Source: Paraphysomonas bandaiensis
Taxonomy: Eukaryota > Protista > Chrysophyceae
Length of the DNA: 64,000 nucleotides
Assembly: GCA_965644295.1 (NCBI GenBank)
Contig: CBFFRP010000094.1
Span: 1 to 64,000, forward strand
Direction: 5' to 3'
Positions within the stretch are counted from its first letter, which is position 1. Every line of letters begins with the position of its first letter. Made by a program: the position numbers and the translations under genes. Below the pieces are notes generated by a model. That model worked only from the letters and a program-made list of their open reading frames with translations, had not been told where the DNA came from and did not search any database. This document shows, piece after piece, positions 13,101 to 23,419 of this stretch.

Positions 13101-14011
13101 GGCGCCTATGGTCTGAGCAGCGCTTGCAGAGGCAGCAGATGGTGGTTGAGGCGCAGTTCCAGAGAAAAAAAACTCGCGTGCAGCAATCCTCAAATTCTCA
13201 ACGAATAGATTCTACTCCAGTTAGAGAGCCCCATCATGAAGAGATCATCAAGGGCGCTGATACTGTGATGCCTTGTACACAACCGAGCTCTTGTACAAAA
13301 TATGACGTTAAGAGCAAAATTATTGGAGATACATCCGAGGTAATTCTGTCTGACTCTGAAATAGCACTGCTCGAGAACGCTCTTCCAATAGAGATGCAGG
13401 GCTGCGTTTGGGAGCTGAGGTTTGCTATATTCGATGATATTGAGCTGACCTTGTCACCGTCGTTACGCAGGTATAGCCTTCTACGTGATGGGGCCAGTGT
13501 TGAAACACTCGTTAAACGAAGCAAAGGAAGCTCAAGGACGATTCTATTGATAGAAGATACTGCTGGTGCGCTGTTTGGTGGTATAGTCTGCGATGACCCT
13601 TGGCGATTTGGTGCGATAACTGTGCATATGTACGATATCTGAATAACGTATACTACAGAAGGAGAGAAGTACTATGGCAGAGGCACATGTCGTGTGTTTC
13701 GTTTCTCTGGAAGGCATCAAGGCGAGAAGGAAACAATTAGTACCTATGTTGCGACTTTGGATAATGACTATTTCATGTTAACTTCTGTAGATAGCATCGG
13801 GATGGGTGGCGGTGGTGGTGGGTTTGCATTTTTATTGGATGGGGATTTACGATTTGGAACTTCGAATTCTGAGTGCTGCACCTTTTCTTCTCCGTGTCTT
13901 GCCAGCTCCACAGAATTCGAGTGTGCAAGATGCAATTTATTTTCTGTTGGAGATATGCAAAACTGCAATGAAGTGTACATCCGACCAGAATTAAGAATAG
14001 GAGTGGAGTAG
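10176..14011 (+). CDS. Multidomain protein: RUN + RhoGAP + ELMO/CED-12-like + TLDc
   Basis: RUN: LEKCLFHG...FW...KARAWIRQALN. RhoGAP: FFGTPLE...GLFR...HTVAHCFLQWMYELPEPLL. ELMO-like: EFNSNPAGLLAIDCLTYF...LNELFCLALFTLDD. TLDc: YSLLRDGAS...LLIEDTAGALFGG...YYGRGTCRVF...IGMGGGGGGFAFLLDGDLRFGTS...CTFSSPCL. Introns include 10212-10259, 10390-10449, 11532-11582 and 13420-13470. Confidence 0.85.
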
Positions 14012-14132
14012 TTATATATTGCCTGTTTATTCGTCAAGGTTCAATATTTAAGACATACATGTACTTATAAGTAATATTAGTATACCTTGTACCATCATTG
14101 ACGACGTCTGCTAGAAATTCTGACATATAAAG

Positions 14133-14356
14133 TCGATGTGATGTCCAAATCTGGTAAAACGGTCAAAACCTACTATTTTAAACTACTTTTTTTGTAGTAA
14201 TTTAACACTTACTTGTAACAGTTTAAGTTAATAGTAATTGCGTTGACAACTCGAAGCTCACACTATTTTTATTTTTATTTACTTTTAGTATCTACTAACT
14301 ATCTACCAACAAAACCTGGTAAAATCACTTTTTGCCAGGTTTGGGCATCACATCGA
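14133..14356. mobile_element. MITE-like element with ~26 bp imperfect TIRs
   Basis: Left end TCGATGTGATGTCCAAATCTGGTAAAA; right end (revcomp) TCGATGTGATGCCCAAACCTGGCAAAA. AT-rich non-coding interior, followed by (TA)n. Confidence 0.7.
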
Positions 14357-14869
14357 TATATATATATATATATATATATGTAGAAGCCTTTCTATAAATC
14401 ATTTTTCAACATCCATAGTTTTCAATACAAGTAAATAATAACGAATACAAAACGATGTATGGAATATGCTGATTATGACTGCAGTTAGTTGTTGTTGCTT
14501 GTTGTGTTTTTTTTTATATGTGTATTAAAATGGAATTATAGAAGTAAAAAAGGTGAACATCAGCTTAATCACCGTCAAGATATTATGGCAGTGAAGCCTC
14601 ACTTACCCGTAAGGAAAAATATCGACTTAAAGAAGAATATTATGATAATGACAGTGAGGGTCTGGTTCAGAATGTCAACACAGCATATCGTTTGTTTGAT
14701 TATAACATATTATGCAGCGGAAGCAAGAACGTCTTAACAACAAGCAAATTCAATACAGTAACACCGCAGCATGAAGCGCTTGCATATCACAAAACAAGAA
14801 GGTTGAAAGTTTATTCAGTGAATCTAAGATTGTGATGACTGATTTTCAGAGCTTTTGCAAGAGTATGAC

Positions 14870-15290
14870 TCCTCGGCATTTTTAGAGCAGCATCCCTCTA
14901 CAAAAAGTCGGACTACACAGGTAATTACTAGTATGTTGAACTGCTATTATGTGGAGTATTATGCAACCCTCAAACCCTCAACAAAGTCAAAATCGCACCT
15001 TTTCTATGGTGGTGTTCTGGGGGATATAAGTACCGGAGATATCTCTCCGGGAAACGAACGTGAGCCGCATATAATAATATATAGTCAGCAGACCTCTACA
15101 ATTTGGAGAACAGTGCCACCCTCAACAAAAAGTCAGACTCACACCTTTTTATGGTGTTCTGGGGTATAAGTACAGCAGGAGATATTTCTCCGGGAAGCTA
15201 TAACACGTGAGCCGCATATATATATATAAAGCCAGCAGATGTTGTTCTGCCCACTCTTATAGCCTGTAATAATGCTTCTTGTGTGGTACA
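14870..15290 (+). repeat. Dispersed repeat family R1, two or three tandem head copies
   Basis: CCCTCAACAAA(AA)GTC at ~14893/14975/15119. The last two continue into GGTGTTCTGGGG...GGAGATAT(C/T)TCTCCGGGAA and match 47385-47530 and 53708-53860. Confidence 0.8.
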
Positions 15291-16490
15291 GTGGGGCCTT
15301 GTTCCGAGGGCGCGCCGTCTGTGTGATAGGGCCTCTTTGGTCCGCGTCTGCACCGCCTGACAATCAGTCCAGATGGGCACGGAGGAGTGCAGCACAGTGG
15401 AGAATGTCAGTGCTGCTGACATTGCAAGGGTTTCGTATGTGTGGTATATAGGCATTGAGGCCATGTGCGGTGAGCTGTGGTGCCGTGAGTTGTAGGATTT
15501 TAGTTTGTCTGTGACCCCAATTGTCCTTTTGGGCGGGAGCCATACAATTGCGGCTCCTCCGCCGTGGGAATGGGGCTGTGGGTGGGTGTCGCCGAGCAGA
15601 TGGGCAGGGGTTAGGTGTGTTCATCGTGTGAAGGAGCCATCGGTGAAGATGGCTTTTTGTAGGCGTATTATGGTCGTTGAAGAGTTGTAGCTGTGATTGG
15701 ACTTTGTCAATATATAATAGCTCGGAAGTGTGGCGTGGCTGGGGAGGGAGGCTGTAGTCTGCCCCCATTGGACCAGGCTGGTGATGTATGTGTCGACGTC
15801 TTGGGGCGGGTGTTCGTAGCGTGTTGTAATAAGAGCGATGTGGCCGCACTCTTGGGCTGTCCTCCGAGTGTGAGGGCTCGTTGAAGAGTAAGCCATTTCT
15901 GAGTCTGTGGGCGAGGGTTGAAAATTCGCGCAGTCCAAGCCCTTTGTATTTTGTGGGAAGGTAGACAAGATCCGTGTGGGATAGCCATCATGGGGAAGAC
16001 GGAGTATGTTCCTAGCGGCCTTCGCGAGTAGTTTGTCTATATATATCGATGTATTTGTCGTATGTCCAAGATGCTTTGGTGGCCTTGTACAGTAGGGTCG
16101 GTAGTATTTGTGTGTTGAGGACGAATAGCTTACAATCAGGTGTCGCGCATATTTGGAGCGTAGAGCTGCCGTGGATGTGGCGATGTAGTTGGCGCACCTT
16201 ATGTGGGAGTCCGTGTCTTTTACCGAGAATAGAAGTTGTACGCCGAGGTACTTAGTGGAATTTGTGGTTGTTTGGATGGGGAAGGGGTGTGGGCACCAGT
16301 TCTAGTCTCTTATGATGATGTGTGGGTTTGACTCCAGCGTGGCCGTCACCGCAAATGGGGCTCCCAAGGCTATGCATTCAGTTTTAGGGATGTTGAGTTG
16401 CATCCCGGAGAAGGCGCAAAAGGATAATAGTTTGTCAGCCTTGATTTGAGTGGCCTCAATGGAGGATGTGATTTGGGAGAGGTCGTCGCC
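15200..16490 (-). mobile_element. Decayed, 5'-truncated non-LTR retrotransposon (RT C-terminus + RNase H)
   Basis: Minus-strand frames give GDDL...FCAFSGMQLNIPKT...KYLGV (RT palm/thumb), LRLPHDGYPT, then RNase H motifs AIFTDGSF, YETLAMSAAL and IWTDCQ. Frameshifts and stops throughout. Confidence 0.8.
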
Positions 16491-17024
16491 TCATCTTGGC
16501 TGTCGTCTTGTAGGTGAAGAAGGTGCACACGGTTTCCTACTAGCGTAATAAGTCACTCTCGGGAGAAGAGTGCAAGGTGGATGCATGTGCTGGACGAGTG
16601 CACATAATGAAGGGAAGACATTATTAGAGTCAGCTTGAATTTGTAGCAAATTTTGGTAGCTATTCTACTCTCCCTTCAGACTACCTGCTGCTGCGAACAC
16701 CACCATGAAGAAGGCCCTATAGATCTGCCGCATATACAGGAGACATCATCATATTATTATGCCGACGACACCGACCGCAAGTTGTTTGTGTTAGCAAAAG
16801 TAGATTGAACAGGAGCGTACAGTATGATCCGGCTTAAACTCGCAACTCGTCGTATGCCCATCATGTAGCTAAAAGTCGTGTTGTATAGTTGAGCACTTGT
16901 CGGTTGTCGGTGCATGCAATAGTAACTAGATAAGAGTCCTGTTATGCTTAGTGTCGCGCGAGTTTTTAGGTTGGTCGCGGCAACGCACAAGCTTGCGCTT
17001 CTTAATAATCAGATTTTCAATATG

Positions 17025-17180
17025 TAGTCAGCAGATCTTATCCTGCCTACTCATAGCCAAATGCTTGTGTGATACAATAGATACTAATCAGTGTCACTTG
17101 AGTAGTCGTCACCTGACGAATAAACAGGCATCCGGAAACGGGTCTACCTCAAGGGTATCCGGGGTATTGAGCTGCCTGTA
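17025..17180 (+). repeat. Dispersed repeat family R1 fragment
   Basis: AGTCAGCAGAT...ACTCATAGCCAAATGCTTG...GACGAATAAACAGGCATCCGG...GGGGTATTGAGCTGCCTG matches 47500-47625. Confidence 0.75.
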
Positions 17181-18059
17181 CAGTCTATCCAAAAATGAAT
17201 ACTACTTTTAAGAAAATGATAGTTATTACTAGTAGAAACAACTTCTTAGCATCCAAAGAAACTAAGGTTCAGTTTTATATATGAAGAGCACTATTCTAAA
17301 CTAAACGAGAGAAAGAGTATAATAAAACACACTTCGACGTGACATGCATGACAACCACGCTATGTATTAATAACAAAAAAGTTACTACGAGAAAATATAT
17401 ATCCTCGAAATTATCTTGCTACTGCTCTATACTTAAGGCGCGTAGGAATAAAACTGGTATATCAATTGGAAAATAAAGGCATATTGAACCAACCAGAAAG
17501 GTCCGTTTAAATTTCATAGGACACTCCCTGCTGTATTCGGTTTGAGTGGGAGCCACAAATACCTGGTCAAGGTTTTTCAATATCACTGCAGAATAATCAA
17601 TATTATAATCTTATTACACTTCATTTGGCGTGTAAACAACGCTTTTGTTTTTAGTTTAGTTAGCTATTGAAGTTTTGAGTCTATAATATTAACTAACAGT
17701 AAAGTCAGTTATGCTAATTTACTTGTAAAGTTATGTGCTAAATAGTTACTGTCACCAGGATGCATGATACTATATTTTGGAACCTACTAAGCAATGGGTA
17801 GACACTGGAGAAGTTGATTATCGTTCATAAGTATTTTATTAACTAGTCAATATTACACTACAGACTACAGTATGTATACATTATATAATGCACTGCACAA
17901 ATCATCCTACATATATAATGTTACTTGGCGATACCACTCAACAAAAAGGATCATTTAGACTCCAGTGCATCCCACACGGCTGCGATTAACGTTTATAAAA
18001 GACAATAGTGCTGATATCGTTGTATCCTGTTGCTTTTCATCAAAGACCTTTGGATCTTC

Positions 18060-18299
18060 AGTCTAGAGTCCCCATGACCTTGTGAAAGTAGTCGAGGTTT
18101 TCTGAGTATCCATCTCATTTGTATCTTGATGGAGATGTCTGTAGTCAGATCATTCTCCGTCTAATATCTTACCATGTGTCACCCTATCAACCATAGCACT
18201 GATAAGACGGTCTCTACAAGGCGACTTCTTCCGATTCTTGCTGCCTCCCCCTTCAATATTTTTGTCTGTGTGATAATGTGTATGCTTGTTGCCCGCCAT
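18060..18299 (-). CDS. Possible short hypothetical gene divergent from the lipase
   Basis: ATG at 18299 (MAGNKHTHYH...MVDR), a GT...CTACAG intron-like segment, then an open exon. Supported mainly by its position in the head-to-head pattern. Confidence 0.25.
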
Positions 18300-18637
18300 G
18301 TCGATCAGGGGGAATACAGTACAGTAGTACAGTGGTATACTTTGACCAGGCAAAAAAAATCCCAGGTTTTGTTTTGCTGAATTTTTTTTTGCTGAATGAT
18401 GATCAGTATATTTCACAACATACATACTGTGTACATACTGCATATGCCTGTTTCCCACCCACAGAGAGACAGGATCATTGTATTTTGTATTTTGTATTTT
18501 GTATTTTGTGTTCTACAGCGAATCCCAACAAGCAAACTCTTTACGGCATCAGATGAGCGAATCTTGCATGATTTCGTTCCTTCGTAGGCGGTAAGATCTA
18601 GAGGTGGGTCATCCAGCCAAAGAGAACCAGAAGTAGC

Positions 18638-19930
18638 ATGGAATCTTCACTGGACGCATCCCACTATAACCGCCCTAAAACTGGAAATAGTTTTCAAAAC
18701 TCTCGCGGAAACACCTTACATTTCCGTGTAGATGCCGAGAAGAACAGCAGCGTGGGCCATCGCTATCTCATGTTTTGGGTTCATGGATTCGGGGGACACT
18801 GCAATCGCCCGGAAGTAAAAAAAATGGCTCAGTATATGAACGACAAGGGAGTGGTTGTGGTGTCCTTAGATATGGGTGAGTGTGCATGGTGTGTATATGT
18901 ATGTAATTTTTATTTCGTCTAGAGGGTCATGGTTATTCTGACGGTGAGCGAGCATTGATTCTGAATTACATGGACTTGGTGAATGACATGCTTCTATTTA
19001 TTCGCATCATTTTGACGGCAAATTTGAATAATCCGGGTCATAACTTCACTTTAGACAACTCATTATCTGTGAGACTGATAGAGTCGTTTAGATCACTTCC
19101 TTTTTTTATCATGGGTCAGAGCCTTGGAGGCGGAGTAACTGCATTTCTATCAACATATATAACAGATATACCTTCCTATATGGGATCTGTACTCCTTGCC
19201 CCTTACTTGGGTGGCACCGATTTACCTCACTGGATGGTAGTTGCGGTTCTACGATATACGATGGTCTCATGTGCACCAGGAGCAATGATGCCGGATTGGA
19301 TGCACAAACTCAATGATAATGGGTGAGAGCAAATTTAATGTGATTTATATTTGAGCACTGCAAGTTTTTTAAAGTATCTACACCATTATATATATATGTA
19401 TATATCGTACGATATTTTTATGCGAACGTATATGCACGTCAGACTGACCTGGAAGGACGAGGAAGTGCTAAAGTTCGCGGAGTTAGACACATGGGGCAAG
19501 CCGGGTGCTGTGGGGTATGGGTTAGGAATGAAATGGGGCACAGCGGCCATGTTTATCGACATGGGTCATGCCTTGGAGGTTTTATAGATTGCATTCAAAT
19601 GCCAGATAATAACATCTACTACGTAAAGGAAATGTTTCCACAAGTATCCTATCCATTTCTGATCGTTCATGACCCAGATGATGCGATATGCAGCATACAC
19701 GGATCACGCACAATGATAGAGCGGTCTGTAACTCCGGACACACACAAGTCTTTAATTGAGGTAAGAAACTACGGTGGTGAATTTAGCACGTTGTTATGAC
19801 ATGCGTGAGGCAGACACCAGGATATCTGCACGGACTACTGTGTAATCACAACAACGAAGTGTGTGATCATGTTCTACGCTGGATAGACTCTACGTTTGGA
19901 CAGTGTAGACGGCACGAAAGCTTTTCATAG
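18638..19930 (+). CDS. Alpha/beta hydrolase, monoglyceride lipase/lysophospholipase family (Hydrolase_4), 5 exons
   Basis: HGFGGH, DMEGHGYSDG, nucleophile elbow GQSLGG, PFLIVHDPDDAIC and final exon YLHGLL give a Ser-Asp-His triad. Confidence 0.9.
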
Positions 19931-20845
19931 TTACTTGTATCAATTCCCCTTCCACCATTATACTGGTAAAAATCGTCCATTTATAGATAATATGGATCTA
20001 TGGAATGAATACTCTTCGTTATTATGGCCATTATATTTTGCTTCTAAGATATCCTCCTATACAACTTACGATTCCCAACTTGAAATTTAATATTAGTGAT
20101 GCATGAAACAAGAGGGCAGAAAAATTCAATGAACTTTTTTTGAGGTGCCGTTCTATTCACATAGTCGTGCTATATAAACTATTTGTGCTCGCTGCAAGTA
20201 TCATGGTGCAACTATTTCTGTTAGGATTAGGGTTACGCTATCCGGAGATCGTAATTTGAAACCTTGTTTCACAGAAAGTACCATCATGTGATATGTTGGA
20301 TGCTGCTCTCGAGAGACTTTTTGATGCAATGTTTAATTGCATTATCTTTCATGGTTCGAGATAGGTTGGCCTCATTAACTGCTACCTGCTACACCCAATA
20401 GATAATAATAAAGTTTTCATAATATTTTATGCCTACGCACAGCTTCAAAGGAATATATCAGATTTCCAGCTCTACAATATAAAGACTTATTGAGGTGGCT
20501 TAACGATTTTTTGTGGGCATATGTACAGAATTCCTTGTCTCAATTTTTTTAATATATTATGTATCACCTGATGTGGGAGAATTGTTTTAAAATTTAATTT
20601 ATAGCACTCTTTATCAGCTACTAATCAAAAGGATGGTAACACTATGTACACTGTACACGATGAAATACAAACAATTTAGTATCATGTGGACTCATCCACC
20701 TACATTCTGAAGAGCTATATATAGCATTTAATATATAAAATAAAGTAAGCAGATTAATTAAACGAGCAATATGTTTAGAGGTTAACCATTAGTTAATTAC
20801 CGAACACACACAAACAACATGATGCATATCGACAGAAGAATCTAC

Positions 20846-22871
20846 CTACAGAGTTGTAATTGACGATCGATTTAAGGTAGATCGTGAACATTCAGGCGAA
20901 ATGCTATTATTCTGTCGGTCCATCAATATATCACCAGTATCTCTGAGAGACCTCGACGAATCATTCGACGAGTCGTACATCACATGTGTCCCCCTAAGAA
21001 GACTCTCTGAGGCATCATTGTCGCATCTATCACGCATATTACTGACACCGTTGTCTTCACACCAACTGTTGCTTCGTCCACCGCTCCCGTACTCTTCCCC
21101 CTTTTGCCGGCACAACTCCCGACCCCAATGATCATCACCGAACGCAATCTTTACAGCCTCCAGCTTAAGCCCTTTGGTCTCGGGTAAGTAGACAGCAAAT
21201 ATGATGAGAAACAAAAATGAAACTAACGCATACACTACAAATGCTCCCTGTTTGGATGTCAAGTTGATTAGCGTCAGAAAAGTCATGCTCATTAGTATAT
21301 TGAATGACCAATTTACAGCAGTTGAAAGGGAACTACCTACCCCTCGAAATGAAGTTGGGTATATTTCAGAGTTTACACACCATGGCATTGTACCCATCCC
21401 CGGCGAAAACGCCAGTAGATAAAGACATAGAAACATGAAAATCATCCAGCCAGCTAATTCAGACCCCGGGCAGGAGTTAGGGTGAAAGTCAGCTTCAGAG
21501 CATACGGTCTGATTACGAGGAGAGTCATCATCGTCTCCGGCTGTTCTCATACAGGTAGGATATTTTTCTCCGCCGACAAATGCACCAGAGCAATACCCAC
21601 ACGATTCGTCTTGAACACAGTCAAAACAGTACTTGTAGTCGCTACATCCGCTGGATGATAGGCCATACTGTGCATTGTAAAGGTGATTGTCTAAGGTAGT
21701 AGAGTCATGTTGAGCGTAATAGAAGCACATGCCCAGTGCCGCCAGCATGAAAACAGTTGCGGTCTGACTTACTAAAGTTAGGGGCCTACGACCGATGGTA
21801 TCCACCAGAAATAGCCCCGCGCAGGAGCCAATGAAGTTGCAAAACGCTACTACAGCAGAAAGCCATATGGCCTCGGAGTTTGAAGTGAACCCCGCCAGCT
21901 TCAGTATAGTGGCGCTATAGTACCTGAGTACAGATGAATCAACACACTGAAAGAACGCAACATCAGTATTACATGACGGTATTAATACCCCCTAACTGTT
22001 GCCCAGCTTGTAGACAGCACCCAATGAAGAGTGCACGCCGTATATATGAACTAGATAATTGTTGGGATATGGATACTTTTTGGCTTTTGTCAGTGGTGTG
22101 TGCCGTGTACTCTCCTCCCAGTGGGCTGCGTCTGAGTTCCCCACGTTCAGATTCAATGGCTGCAATGATCTCCTCTAGCTCATCGTAGACATCCTCCCGA
22201 CCACGAATTCGCTGAAGAACAAGTGTAGCAAGTTCAGGGTGGTCATTCTCTATTAGCCAGCGAGGAGACTCAGGCATAAATAAGAAGCCCACAAACTGAA
22301 TTGCAGCAGGAATTGCGGCCAGACCGAGCATGTATCGCCAACCATCACGCGTAGTGCTGAGCGATCCAGCTACAAGACAAGACACAAACTGACCTCCAGT
22401 GATAGCAACATTTATACATGTGACGAGCATGCCACGGATTCGTGTCTCGGCCATTTCGCTTATTATAATAGGCATGTTCATGCTTGCTGACCCAACTCCA
22501 AGACCAACAACAAAGCGGCCTACAACAAGCAAAGAAAAGCCGGAAGCACACGCCATCAGAATCGCACCGACTATAAAGACAAACGCAGAAGCCAGGACAA
22601 CAGGCTTCCTGCCATAACGATCACAAAAAGGGCCCGAACCCAACGAGGAAATCATCGCGCCGAATACAGTGGTTGATACGATTAACTCCTCCTGCCAGCT
22701 GACGAGAGCGAAGTCATCGCGAATGAGAACAAGAGCACCGCTTATTATACCCGTATCATACCCGAACAGAAAACCACCTATACAACTTAGAGCCACCAGC
22801 GCAACAACAAATACATCCACACCACCAGAAGGAACGCCTCTGTTCAGCTCGCTGTATTTCACTCCACTCAT
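20846..22871 (-). CDS. MFS sugar porter, proton/myo-inositol transporter type (HMIT/INT-like), 2 exons
   Basis: GGFLFGYDTG, DRYGRK, PESPRWL, QQLGGINTVMYYS, NSEIYP and PETKG motifs. Cys-rich luminal loop CSDYKYCFDCVQDESCGYC is typical of inositol transporters. Confidence 0.92.
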
Positions 22872-23419
22872 TGTTATTGACACGCTGCTTCCCTAACAAC
22901 CTCCTCACTCTCCCTGGTCTCCCCGAGCAATAACAGAATCAGATATGTAGAAGATTTGCCGAACACACACTGCTCCAGAATGATTATGACTGATGCAGTG
23001 ATGGTATACACTCTGTATGCAGCTGTATAGATTGATATTGTGATAAACAGGAGCACAGCCGCAGGAACGTTTCCAGATATTTTTGTACTGTAGCAGTGTA
23101 TGCCAGTATGTACAGCCAGTATATACAGCCTGTATACAATCATCTGTCCTTCGTTTACACAACAATAAACTCTAAAAACCCTTACTTTTATAATAAAAGT
23201 ACATTTTTTAAGCATAAAAATCCCTTCCTCCGATTAATCATGTACAAGTGTACCACAGTGTACAGGGTACATGCATATGCAGCCACTATTCATGGAATGA
23301 ATAAACGCAGCTCATCTCGTCACCCTGCAGTACATCTGGCGTAATTCACACCATGATGGCTGCAATTCTATGAAGCGGTTGTATATATAGTGGAGTGTTG
23401 TTAATAGCCGTTGCGCGTG

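Noticed and set aside
16755-16775. Plus-strand YADDT near the LINE fragment (possible twin-priming inversion)
   Set aside because: The upstream frame lacks recognisable RT motifs and has stops; likely chance.
17112-17145. CTGACGA...GAAAC hammerhead-ribozyme-like core in R1
   Set aside because: Stem II cannot pair, and other copies read TTGACGA...GGGAAT, so the core is not conserved.
20221-20236. Interstitial telomere-like TTAGGATTAGGGTTA (also at ~55844)
   Set aside because: Only 1-2 units; expected by chance.
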